Both the position numbers and the translations under genes were made by a program. A DNA stretch of 64,000 bases from Camelus dromedarius (taxonomy: Eukaryota), in assembly GCF_036321535.1 (NCBI RefSeq), contig NC_087436.1, positions 87,732,001 through 87,796,000 on the forward strand. The letters are read 5' to 3'. The notes under the pieces are model-generated. The model was not told the DNA's origin. It ran no database searches and saw only the letters and a list, made by a program, of their open reading frames with translations. Of this stretch, positions 52,042 to 64,000 are shown piece by piece. Position 1 is the first letter of the stretch. Each line of letters starts with the position of its first letter.

Positions 52042-55000
52042 TATATATAGACCCCACGGTGATCAGCCTAATTCATACAACCAAGAGATGCTTGTACTCA
52101 AGACCTATTTTGATTATTAAAACTTACCTGTCCAATGTCTCATTCCCTCAGATCCTTGTGGATGACCAGCTTGCTGTTCTTGAATAAGCTAATTCAAGAG
52201 AAAATATAGGTGAGTTAACTTGGTACCCCTTGCAAAGATATTTATACAAAAAAAAAAAAAAAAACTTCTAGCAAACAAATGGCTCAACATTAAGACCCAT
52301 CATACTTTCCCCAGCCAGCCCCTCACCCTGAAAAGCCTCCCCTCCTCTCTCTCTGCTGTACAACTCCTCCTCGGCCCTTCCTGCTCAGCGTAACGCTCAC
52401 CTCCATTAAGCCGTCCTTGACTGAGGCTGCCCACAGTCATGTCTCGTTCCGCTTAACACCTGCGGCACTAGAACAGAATTTGGCAGGAGGAAACAGAACC
52501 AGAACCAGAACCAGAATAAGAGGGAATAGAACATTGGGCTGGATGATCTCACAGGTGAGCTCAGCTCCTTCCCTCATTTCACAAGTGAGGAAACAAAGAC
52601 AGAAGTGACCAGCCCACGGCAAGTCAGTGGCAGCATTGGGGCCACTGGGAGTCATTTCTGCCCAGCCTTCCCCTCTTTTGCCCAAAGAGCCTCCTCTTCT
52701 TTGGGGAACTGCTCACGCCTCCATTCATCAAACAGAGCTTTGATAGGACTTGCCAATTGGGGTGCTTCCCACTCCCAGTGAGCATGTGATCTCAAATGGG
52801 CCAATGAGCATCCTTCCCTGGAATTTTTAAACTTGGAATTAAGGAGAAGCAGCCTTCTCTGTCTATGGGCTTATAAGCTGCCAGCAACCATGGCTCCCCC
52901 CTCATTTAAAAACAAAAAGCCAGTTTAAGAGAAATAAAGAAACACTCATCAGTTTGCAGGTTCGTTTAGTCATGAAACAACCTTTATTTATTGAGGGCTT
53001 TCCACACGTCAGACACTGCTGAGCTCTAGGAATAATACGTTTGTTGAGCACAAACAGGCCCAGTTGATGTCCTCATGGGGCTTTCAAGCTTGCAGGGGAG
53101 ATATTCCTTAAATAATCAAGCAAGTAAAATAATACTGCTACTCTGACAAGTGATAAGGAAAACAGGTACAGTAGAATACAGGTTTGGTTTTTTTTTTTCC
53201 TTTGGTTTTCCATCTTTGCTCTCGGACAATGTAAATTCAGTCTCTCACCTGCCTGGCCACAATGTGGTCCCTCACTGGAGATGGGGCGTGGGCTGAGGAG
53301 AGGCTCAGCAGAAGGATGGGGGTCTCCCAGAGCCCACCAAGCTAGCTGAGGACCACGGGGTCCGAAGCCGGATGGGCCAGTTTGTATACTGCACAGAGGA
53401 GCACAGCCAAGGGGGCAAGTGGGCTGAAATCCCACTTAAGAGTCTCCTCACCACTCCACGAGGCCTGGCATGAAGCTGTACGTGCCCAGAGAAAGGGGTA
53501 CCCTATTCACACACTGCCACTGGCCACTCAAAAGGGTCACTTTTTTCTAATTTGCCCCAAAGGCTTAAATAGACCAGCCTGGGTGTGATTCAGTCAGGGA
53601 GATGAGCTGGGGGTGGGGAGGCTTTCCTGAGGAGGTGACTGGACACACGAATAATGAGTAGCAGACGAACTAAGTGGGAAGGAAGAGCTTTCCAGACGCA
53701 GCCCATGCGGTGGCCTTGTCTTGATGGCTATCTAGGCCCTGGTTCCAATTGCTTCTGAAGCCTGCAGATCCCTGAACCTTCCAGGGAATGGTTTCATGAC
53801 AACACGTTCCCTCTTTGGTAACTCAAATTAGGTTTCTGTCACTTGCAACCAGGAGAGTGCTGGCTCGCAGAGCAAAGCTGGTCCAGCCCTCCTTCCTCCC
53901 CACTCTGCCAGGCCCCATCATTCCACGTGAGAAACCTACTCTGTATGGCTGCCTCACCTTCAGAACAGGAGCTCTGCTTCTGACTGTCTCCAGCACGTAA
54001 CAGAAACTCAGTAGACATGTCATCCACTAAGAACTGAGTAACTCTCTGCTGGTGATCAGTTTGTCCACCGGGACTGGAAAAGTGGTGAAGGATTAGAGGA
54101 CAGAGTGGCTTTTCTATACTTTTTCATCACCCACCAAGTTCACCCACGGTTTCTACTGACCCTGACTTAACATGTGCAAACTTCAGTTTATTCTTATGTT
54201 AACAGATGGCTCTGGTGTATCTAGAGTTTGACTGTGGATAGCCAGTGGGATTGAGTTCATGAGGAAGAGTCAGTGGCTTTTATGCTGTGTCTACTTGCTG
54301 AGTGCCAGTGGGTCACCTTTAAGATGAAGCACTTTCCAGATCTGAAAGTCTACAGCTGAACGTTAAAGAAGCTTTTTACTCTGTGCTCCATATCTGCTAG
54401 GACCCTGTCTAGAGGTGTTGGGAAATTTGAAAGCCTCTGTGGTTTTGTCAGCCAGGAACAGAATGCTTTCCCATCGGTCTTCGTCTTATTCCCATGTTAA
54501 GGGCAGTCACTCTTCTGGGCTTATCCTTCCCTTCCAACTCCAGGGCCTGAAAGGTTTCAGCTTCATGCTGCATCTCATGCTGCTGCTGCTGCTATTAGTT
54601 TTGTTTTAAAAAGCTGGTGTTTGAGGCTTTGTGAGACTCTTGTCCCCTTTTAATAAGCCAAACTCTAATGGCTTGAGATGCGCTCTGTCCTATGGAGGCT
54701 GCTGAACAAGGCAGCCTTGGGAACAAGAGTCACAGAACGAGGTTGCTTTTCTTCACTCTGCCTCAAGATCCAAGGGCTGAGGAACAGCAAGGTCAATGTG
54801 GTAAGGAGACTTCCTACATGTCACGTTAGCTGGTCTCCCTCCCGCTGTTGCTTCACACCTCTGTACCAGCTTTTGGTAATGCAGGAAACAGGAAAACATC
54901 ATCCTATTCTTGAATCTGGACTTTAGGTCTAGAAAAGCAATTTTCAGTCTTTTTTCTGCCATAATACACCTGAGAAATGGGGTTTCATGAGCATCTTGTT

Positions 55001-55149
55001 TCCACAAACTTACAAAGGTTAGGAGTGAGGCAATATATAACAAACATTTGTATGTATGTACATGGCCCTAACCCAAGATAGAGTATCAGAACGCAAGGGA
55101 GTGAAACTTATGTTAGTATAAAGATAACTCTGAATCAATTTGATTAATT

Positions 55150-55530
55150 TTTTAAAAAAAATACAGCTTACAGAATGGGGGATATATTTTTGAATCACAT
55201 ACCTGATAAGGGCTTGGTATCCAGGATATGGTTTTTAAAAACTCTTACAACTCAACAGCAAAAAGACAAACAACCAAATTTTAAAATGGGCCAAGAATTT
55301 GAATAGACATTTCTCCAATCAAGATATACAAATAACCAGCAAGCAAGTGAAAAAATGCTCAACATCATTAGTCATCAGGGAAATGCACATCAAAGCCACA
55401 ATGAGCTATCACTTTACATCCACTAGGATGGCTATAATAAAAAAAAAAAAATGAAAAGTGTGAGTGAGCATCTGGGGGAAGTTGGAACCCTCATCTGTTC
55501 CTGGTGGGGATGTAAAATGGTTCAGCCAAT
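55150..55530 (+). mobile_element. Old L1M ORF2 3' fragment
   Basis: aatagacatttctcc...aaaatgctcaacatcattagtcatcagggaaatgc...cccactaggatggcta-like motifs. Confidence 0.8.
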
Positions 55531-55811
55531 ACCAGTACTAATGTTATGGTATTTGGAGGTGGGGCCATTAAAGGTAATTAGATTTCGATGAAGTCATGAG
55601 AGGGAAGGATGGGGCTGGTGTTATAGCTGTACGAGGATATAGCGAGAAGTTAGCTGTCTGTAAGCCAGGCGGAGGGCCCCCTTAGGAACTGACTCTTCCA
55701 GTACCTTGATCTAGGATTTCCCAGCTTCCAGAGCTGTGAGAAATAAATGTCTGTTGCTTAAGCCTCCCAGTCTGTGGTATTTTGTCATGGCAGCCTGAGC
55801 AGACTAAGATA
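55530..55811 (+). mobile_element. MLT1A-like MaLR LTR
   Basis: ggtatttggaggtggggcc...cagagctgtgagaaataaatgtctgttgcttaagcc...gtattttgtcatggcagcctgagcagactaaga. Confidence 0.8.
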
Positions 55812-56694
55812 GGAAGTAAAGACCTCACTGCATCCTCTCCTGAATCCTCCTCGATACATCATTGCAGGCCACAGTCATTTTTACGCACACTCGGACCCAG
55901 ACCCTCCTTCAACATCACACTCTCAGGCAGCTCTCAAGGCCAGTGCCTAGATTTCTCAGCACCGCAAGCCTCCAGCTCCTTCTACGTGCTTCTTTCCTCT
56001 GGCTGCTTTAGCTTTCTCCTCCACATTCCAGCCACAGAAAGGAGGAGAGGCAGGCCCTCCCTGTAAGGACACTGCCTGGACGTCTGACACGCTACTTCCT
56101 CTACATCCTATTGTCACGAACTTAGGCCCATGATCATTCCTAGCTGCAAGAGAGGTTGGGAAATGTAGCCGTTTTATCTGGGTGTCCACTGGCTAAAATT
56201 TGGAGGTCATTACAGAGGACAGAGGAAAAGAAACATCAAGGAACCACTAGTAACAACTCGCAGTGTCTGCCACAGTGGTGTGTCTCCTCTGTGATTTGTG
56301 TCACCAGGAAATCTATTACCAACAAAGTACTCAAGATGACTAATGAATTAGTTCTAAAACATGAGTGGATTTAAGGTCATCTCTGTGTCATCACTTACCC
56401 TCTCTCCTTCAAATCTTGGTAGGTTTTCTTGAGAGGTGGTGTTAAATTCAATAGTAGGGAACTGAGTACGGACACCGTGGTCTGCCGTAAACTACTGACT
56501 GCTGCTGGTAGTTCTGGGATGCTTTCGTCCTTCCCATCCTTTGTAGTTTTGCCAAATGTGAATATACTAATGAGACAGTGTCATGCATTTATCTTAATGG
56601 CAATCGTCCTGGCTCTCGTGAAGGAAAAAGGGTAAGAAATCTTACACCAAATGATCTCCAAAGTGCTAATCAGTTCTAAAACATCTGCGACTCA

Positions 56695-56880
56695 GGGCAT
56701 GTAAATTCTCTTGTGCATGAACCACTTGCAATGAAATCACCTGGGAAGCTTGTTAACAATACAGATTCCTAGGCCCATCTCATAACGATAGAATAAAAAT
56801 CTCTGGGGGGGTGAGGCCTAGCAGTGTGCCATCTACACAAGCTCTCCAGGTGATTCTTAAGAACACTGAAGTTTAGGCGC
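56695..56880. mobile_element. MER5-like MITE (a second copy lies at about 57710-57895)
   Basis: aaatcacctgggaagcttgttaacaatacagattcctaggccc...acaagctctccaggtgattc. Confidence 0.7.
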
Positions 56881-59697
56881 AGGTCCCAGATCTCTTCAAC
56901 AAAAGCTTTGGCTAATAGTTCTCCTCATCGCCCAGGAGCTAACTCAGTTGGGTCCAGCTGCCAGGCTGAAGCATGCGCAGCTTGAGTCAGGGGCCACTTG
57001 CTCTAGAGGATCGTCAGTAATGGGTTTTGCTGGCTGTTCCTCACGACAGCATGGTGTTGAACTGCTGCAGTCTGCAGCATCACCGACACTGCTCTTTGCA
57101 GCTTGGAATTTCAATGGAAAATAACATTCAACTCTTGGAAAGGGTAAATGTGTTGAATGAACTCATCTGCTGCCCTCTCCATCTGTCTTTATCAGCAAAG
57201 TGTCACAAAGTGTAATATATAAGGTTATAGGACCATAAGAGTTTTTTGGGTTTTTTTTTAGCTTCCATACATGTACTGACGTGCTTGGGGACTAAGAGAA
57301 GAGCTTACACTGCTGATGCTGCGGGTCCACAGCTATAAGGGAAAAGAGGAACCAAGTGTCTCTTTTGTGCTCAAGGTTCTCTACTTGCTGCCCCTATACA
57401 CGAGCTCACTCAACGCTCTTTAATAGTCCTGTGAGATTACTATCTCACTTTATTCATTTTCCAGCCTGATTAAGTAACTTGTTTAAGCTCACCCAGGAAG
57501 TAAAAGAAGCTAAATGACCCTCCCTAACCAGAGTTAATTAGCAAAGTTGGAGAAAAAAAAAGAGGAGGAGAATACATGATTCTTGAGTCAGCCAGTTTCC
57601 ATCACAGCATCATCTTCCAACATTTTTGTCTGAGCATCTCAGCAGTAAAAAACGTCTGCGTGCATGTCCCACCTGTGTGTATTCATTTGCAAATATATTC
57701 ATTAGAAACCAGTTTGCTCTTCAAACTCTTCGGGTATCAGAATCACCTCAAGAGCTTATTCAAGCCCAGCGCATCAGGCCCCATCCCCAGAGCGGTGGCG
57801 CTTCGGTAGGTTTGAGATGTGATCCGAGGATTTGCAGTTTTAACAGATTCCCAGGTGATACCAATGCCGCCTGTGGTAGACCTCAGTTCAATAGCCTTGC
57901 TAAAAACATAACCCCCAAATTGAAATGTAAAATACTGAAATACTACAGAATAAAATAATAACTCCAATATTTTTCCTGCAGCCAGGAGTGAAAGATCCCA
58001 TTTTGGAAACCATGGCTCTCAATTGAGCCAGCATGGCTTTCCTGGCCAGAGAGGCAGGCTTGGTGATACTTCATCAATTACAGAAATTTCCTAAGCCTCA
58101 GACATTGCAAATAAAGGAGATAATAAGGGGAAACATCAGATGGGCTCAACTAACACTCCCCAGCAGTGCTCAGGCACTCTGCCTTTCATTCTCAGCTAAC
58201 TCTCCTTCTATCATCTTTCGTCTGCTTTAATTTCTTTTTTCCCTTTGTGATAACAGCACCATTGCTTTTAGGTAATGCAATCTCGCACTCCTGTTGTTCC
58301 TTTTATAGAAATTCTAGCCACTGCAACAAGTACATGTGGTACATGATATCCACAAAGCAAAAATTTTCTGAGTGAACGATGCTTTGATTGAACTTTAATT
58401 TTGCTGTTACTTTGAAGTCCTGGCTTTGCGTCTGTGATGTGCTGTTCAGCACAGTTACATTCAGAAGCACTCAGAAGGGAATTTTTCCCCCTTGCATCTG
58501 ATGTAGATTTCTTCAGTGCTTTGGCTATTTGGTAAAAAAATAGGGCAGGTTTCTGCGAGGCAATTAAAACAAATTCCAGGCCTTTGGAAGAGGAGAGATG
58601 AGGTATTTGCAAAGACTCGGTAAATAAATTTAAATCTAAGATAATATAGCAATTGGCTATAGCAGCCATAGCAATAAGCTATTATAGCAGTATTATTATA
58701 CTATAAATAAAATATTACATAATTAATAATATAAAATGATATTAGATAACATAGCAATAGGCACCACTGTAATAAGAAAAAGGAATAGCCATTGCATCAC
58801 TGGAAGAGAAAAGAAGCATCTTTTGAAATTTTGAAATAAAGGAAATTGAAAGGATAGCTTATTAGTAAAGACAAAGTAACTGCCTTCTACCAGAGAGAAC
58901 CCCAGGATTTCCTGTGACCAAATCTGAGCAATAGAGCAAATGTCATGTACTGGGCAGTGCTTTTCAAAAAAGCCATTTGTACTGTGCAGGAATACTGCTG
59001 TGAAGCACACTCTGGCTCTTGTTGAGTAATGTCTTGACTTAAAGCCGGATTCCAAAGGACTGATTCTTATTAGTCAACGAATTGACTCAGACTTATTTCC
59101 TCGCCCCATGGCTGTTTATACTCTGACTAGTTTTCCACCCGCATTAATCTCAAATAAACGGTGCTTAGTCCACGGGTGAAGCCTCTTGCTTGCTCGGAAC
59201 TCAAGGCGACGTAACCAGCAGCCTAGGCTGAGGGCAGCATCCGGTGCTACTGCAATTATCGGACACCCACCTCCTACAGAAAGTCCTCCACCTTTTCCCT
59301 CAGGGCCCTCACCTCAGTCCTGCCTCAGGAAGGACACAGGTCAAATGGGAAAAGAGAGGCTCTGGGCACATGTCCCATCAGAATCACAGACACTCAATGG
59401 CTCGTCTGGGCCCTCAAATGCCCTGAATTCCCTCAATCGCTTTTAAAAGCCAAGAAGCAAAACAAAAAACAAAACGAAAAAAAGTAGCGGTGTTACATAC
59501 TTGGTTCTTCAGAAAATATTTGAGGTCAGTGAGTTCCCCCCCCAAAACAGGTATACTGGCTTTGGAATCAGCAGTCCTGGGCGGTGTCCCACCTTCCTCA
59601 CTAACTAGATAGATGTCCCCTGTGGGCAAGTCAACTCGGTTAGCCTCAATATTAGTTTCCTCATCTAGAAAATGCAAAAACACCTTCTGAAATCTAG

Positions 59698-60450
59698 CTG
59701 TGGCAGATTAAAGGAAGCCACGTACTTTTTGATACCTTTCTTTATTGAGAGGTGCGGTCCTTGTCCCCTGTCCTTGAATTTAGCAACTACTTTGGTGAAT
59801 AGGATATGACAAAAGTGACATTGTTCCACTTTCTCAGCCCAGGTCTTACTCTTCAGGAAGCTTCCATTTTCTGTCTCCAAGAAAACTCGCTTTGGGAGCC
59901 CTGAGGCACCATAAATGAAGTCCATCACCCAACAACGTAGAGAAGACAGCTAAGGGACTCAGATGAGTCCTCCCAGCCACCCTCATCAAGGCACAGCCAC
60001 GTGAGTAAAGCCAGGTAGGCCCCTCCAGTCCGGCCCAGCCACCATCCACACGCCTGCAAGTGACCTGGGCAGTGCCGCATGGAACAGAAGGGTTGCCCAG
60101 CTGAGTTCTGCCCCAAATTCTAACCCACTGTAAAAAATACTAAAACAAAAACCTCAATTAAATAAAGTCAGGAGACCAAAGTGGGGTGCTCCTCTTCTTT
60201 CCTGGCAAGGACTCAGCCAATGAAAAGCCTTGGGTTCTTCGTTTACTACAGCCCTCCCAACGTCCTTTTCTCCTCCATAAAAGTGTTCTCCTTCCCTTCT
60301 GGCTTGGGGACTTGCACGTACCTTTGTCATAGTTGCCAACCCCAAGCTGCAATTCTCTGCTATGGGTCTCCCGAATAGACCCATCTTACTGGAGAAGTAT
60401 CTGGTAGCCTATTTGTTTTAGGTCAACACCACAAAATCATGAGACATGGC
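59698..60450 (+). mobile_element. MLT1F-like LTR interrupted by a younger solo LTR
   Basis: tgtggcagattaaag...gcccagctgagttctgccccaaattctaacccac | aaaatcatgaga. Confidence 0.7.
60129..60428 (+). mobile_element. ERV1-class solo LTR (300 bp)
   Basis: TG...CA termini, perfect 4-bp TSD CCAC at 60125-60128 and 60429-60432, CCAAT box and CATAAAA TATA-like motif. Confidence 0.8.
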
Positions 60451-61811
60451 TTATTATACACTGATAGATAATTAGAACTTTAGCTAAAAAGATGACTATG
60501 ATGATCAAAAAGAAATCTTTGAAGCAAAAGGGCTTGTAGACTACAAAGCAACATGTTTTGTCAATAGTATATAAAAGAACAAAGATTCTCGGAACACAGG
60601 TGTTTAGAATTGTTACTTTTGTGACATTTGCCATTACTGTTTAGGGATGCAACGTCAACTGCTATCAGGTCACGGTGGTAGGAATAAAGAGAAATACATT
60701 TGACTTCTAGTTGTTTACTTTGACGGGGGCCAGGCTTTGGGAGTATGGGGTTTTAACGTTATCTCCAGCTGGGAAAAGAAAATATCATCAGGCTTTAAAT
60801 TATTTTTTCATTAAGGAACTTGGGGCAATGGTTTCTTTCCCTATGACTATACTCACCATAGAGTATTTTGAAGCAATCATCTCAACCAGAATATTCAAAG
60901 AACATGATACTGTAATTATCTGACAATTTCATCAGTGCTTCTTGTTGATCTTTCCAAAATGCTTTGATAACTTTGTCTGAGCATGTTGTTCAGGAAGTCC
61001 AAACTCTTAAAAAAAAAATGTGAGAAGTCACTTTATTAAAAAGTTCGTTTATAAGTTGAGTGTCTGAAACTTAAAATGCATTTTCCCATTGAAATAATGC
61101 TATAATGATAATAAGATTCCAAGACTCAGAACCAGCAGAATTCCAAATGGGCTACAATACTGTGTAATTACACATTATAAGGTTTAAAAAATTTCCTGCA
61201 AACAATTTCATGCTGTGACCTTTTTTTTTTGTAAGAGCCTAACATGCTCAAGCGGATCAAAGCCTTTTCAGTCAGATCTAGGGCGCCCCCAGGAGGTCAG
61301 GGCCCAGTAGGACGGCAGTTTTACGAGGGCAGAGGCTGCGTCCCTGTTCCCTGTGTGTGTCCGGGGCTCAGCACAGTGCTTAGCCCTCAGCAAGTGCTCG
61401 CTGTCATCCCCGAAGCAGCACAGCACAGTGGCTAAGCTGTGCTTCGAGTCAGAGACCTGGCTTTGATTCTGCCCTGCCTCTTGCTAGTGGCAACAGTGGG
61501 CAAAGCTAGGCACCTCTAAGCCTCGGTTCTTTGACAATAAAATGAGAATCAATAGTGCCTACCACGTGGAGCTCCTGCAAAAATTCAATAGAACATTTTA
61601 TGTAAAGGCTTGTATGGTGCCTGGCACACAGTCAGCACGCAAAAGCGGCGGCAATTATTATTACTAGTACTGAAACCACTTACCCCTTGTGTGGCTCCCA
61701 GAGCTTCCACCGCCCAGTTCAGCAGTTCTGGGGCCGAGTGGGGAAGGAGGATGTACAAAGAGAATTTGTGACAACTTCTATTTATATTTCTTTTTTGTTT
61801 TTACAACTTCA

Positions 61812-61902
61812 TTTTTTTTTTTTAATGGAAGTACTGAGGATTGAACCCAGGACCTCATGCATGTGAAGCAAGCACTCGATCACTGAGCTATTTCCCTCTC
61901 CC
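61812..61902 (-). mobile_element. tRNA-derived SINE resembling camelid Vic-1
   Basis: Minus strand GGGAGAGGGAAATAGCTCAGTGATCGAGTGCTTGCTTCACATGCATGAGGTCCTGGGTTCAATCCTCAGTACTTCCATT(A)n, with A box, B box and A tail. Confidence 0.8.
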
Positions 61903-63779
61903 ACATTTGTATTTCTTTTTACCCCAAAATAGTGGAGATAAATTAAGCTTTACTTATATTTAACATATGGAGTAATAGTAGTACCTATATGTAAATTATA
62001 AGTAAATATATTGAGAAAGCATGCTTTTTTTTTTTTTTTTTTTTTTTTTACTGATTGGGCTGCATCCATCAAAATGTTTGGAAAGCATTGGCCTAATTCT
62101 CCAAATAAGTCAGTGGGTCTGAAGCAAGGCAGACACTCACCTCAAGGAAGGAGCCCAGCTGCCAGCTGTGAGTAGAGGCCACCAGAGGGATTTGGGGTCT
62201 GTCTCCTCCAGCTTCCAGCAAAGATGAGGTCCAGCCTCCTTATGGAGGGAATGACCTTGGAGGAGTAAAAGAGGGAGGGGATGAACTCCAACAGCCAACC
62301 AGCCAGCCAGGCAAAGCATCAGTAACAAACTTAGCTAGCGAGTGTGCTGGGCTCCCTTTGGTCAGAGCATCTCATAAGATGGGGGAGGCAGAGTCTCTAC
62401 AGAGCTGCTGACAGCAGGATGAACAGAGCAAAGGGAAGAAATGAGGTCCAAAAGGTGGTTGGGAAGGGAATCTTCTCCACCGGAGACACGGGCACTGCAC
62501 TCGCGCCTGGGGGGAGGGGGAGAGGTAAGAGAAGCAGAGGTGCAGGTGAAAGTGGGCGTCTGTCCCTGTAGGGAGGTCAATCCAGGGCTGGGGGACCGTC
62601 CGTGATTAGAGCCGTGTGTGAGACAGACAGACAGACAGACAGAGGAACTCAATTTGGAGCATCAGTTCTTGTGGTGTAGAAGCATGGACTGTCTATCAGA
62701 TCCTCATGATATACCCTGCAAATGTTTCCCCCCAAATCTTACAAGAAGCCATAGAACATAGAATCCTGGACCAGGGAGTCAAGAAACCTGTGTTCTTGTT
62801 CCAGCTTTTCTGTTACTTAGGTATGTCCTTACATAGATACCTAGCTTCTGAATTCATTTTGTTGTCTGCAAAATGAGAGCTAATTTACGGGATCTCCAGG
62901 TGCCCTTCCAGCCCTGTTGTTATGCATTTCAGGATTCTGAAAGGGGCATATTCTCTTAGGAATTGCCTCTTATGCCTGCAAATTGGGTGCAGAGAAAAAT
63001 TATAGTTTATTAAGGGTGTCTGGTTATTTGCGTTATCAGTCAACGTTTCACTGCTTGGTACCTGTTCTAGAGTCTTCTTTAATGTCTTTACTCTGAAATT
63101 ACTTGACTATGTTACTGGTCCTATTAGCTGCTCACATAATGAAGGCAGCTCAAAGCATTAACTCTTTCAGAGCTCCTGGATATAGATTAAAGTAATCTAC
63201 CTAGGAAAGAGAGAGAGAGATTACATTATTAGCTCATTAAGAAGCTATGGCTAAAATAATCGGATGCTTCCAGAATATATTGAAATCAAAATAACTACTG
63301 ACCCAAATGTATAAAATTAGATAAATTCACCACTCCACAATACAGCAGATCAGCACTTTTCCTTTTTTCTTGTCTCTTCCATTGTTCCCCAAATCCATCT
63401 GATTGTTTAAAAAGTGTAGTAGAATTCAAAAACCAAATGAGAAATGGGAAGCAAAAGAAACATCTCCTGAATTGCCAGATTCCACTAAATAGAAAACTGG
63501 CTGGAGAGCAAGCAGGACAGAAAAGAGAGCCTGGTCTCCAGAATGGAGGTGACATCGGCTGTAAGAATATGTCCACTGCAGAGGGGTGGGGGAGTTTAGA
63601 TGGTTCCATTTTCCCCCACGGGCTCTGCCTTCCCCAGTCTACAGGCCACCCCCACCCCAGGCTGAGAGTCACTGGGTTATCAGACCTGTTCCCTTAGTTC
63701 AGGATGCTGTAACGCACTACCATAGACTGGGTGACTTAAACAAATGTTGTTGTGGTACAGAATTACATTAATTAGTTTT

Positions 63780-63960
63780 CAAGTGTTAAGCTTACCTTGA
63801 ATTCCTGGAGTAAATCTAACTTATCATAATGTATTATCTTTTTATACAATGCTGGATTTGATTTAGCAATATTTTGCTTAGGAATTTTATATCAATGTAC
63901 ATGATAGAGATTGGCCTATAATTTTTCTTCCATTTAGCATTCTTTTCAGTTTTGCTATCG
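63780..63960 (-). mobile_element. Old L1M ORF2 fragment (antisense)
   Basis: gctggatttgatttagcaatattttgcttaggaattttatatcaatgtacatgatagagattggcctataattttt. Confidence 0.75.
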
Positions 63961-64000
63961 AATCGATCTGGTCTCTACAGAGAAGCAGAACCAACAGGAG

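Noticed and set aside
52494..52516. (AGAACC)n and other short repeats as a CRISPR-like or functional array
   Set aside because: Simple microsatellites without spacers, in eukaryotic DNA.
61826..61902. tRNA gene
   Set aside because: It has A and B boxes but an A tail, TSD-like flanks and poorly pairing stems, so it is a SINE.
60700..64000. 3' exons of CWH43
   Set aside because: No minus-strand match to the recalled CWH43 C-terminus was found by eye; the ORF at 63295..63672 is not similar.

Overview
Mammalian genomic DNA, probably a camelid: it carries a tRNA-derived SINE resembling the camelid Vic-1 family and an artiodactyl-type L1. The minus strand holds the 5' part of DCUN1D4 (DCN1-like protein 4, a cullin neddylation co-E3). 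Six coding exons (40270 down to 3277) splice in frame with GT-AG boundaries and encode the first 138 aa (MHSDAAAVNFQLNSHL...[23 protein letters not shown]...GVEPEN). The rest of the gene lies beyond position 1. A CpG-island promoter spans about 38.5-41 kb, and 41-64 kb is upstream intergenic DNA full of old repeats (MIR, L2, L1M, MLT, MER5, Tigger), with several nested insertions whose target-site duplications are still visible. Most ORFs in the supplied track are spurious. No new gene family or prokaryote-style system is evident. The most interesting signals are at the RNA-processing level: (1) a well-formed intronic polyadenylation site in intron 5 whose downstream element is a (UG)n microsatellite; (2) an alternative first exon spliceable in frame to exon 2 but carrying an in-frame TAG; (3) frameshifting alternative acceptors ahead of exon 4, plus an internal ATG (M61); and (4) an exon 2-6 circle with a predictable ORF. 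Gene and repeat names come from recalled sequences, not database searches, and repeat boundaries are approximate unless a TSD is given.
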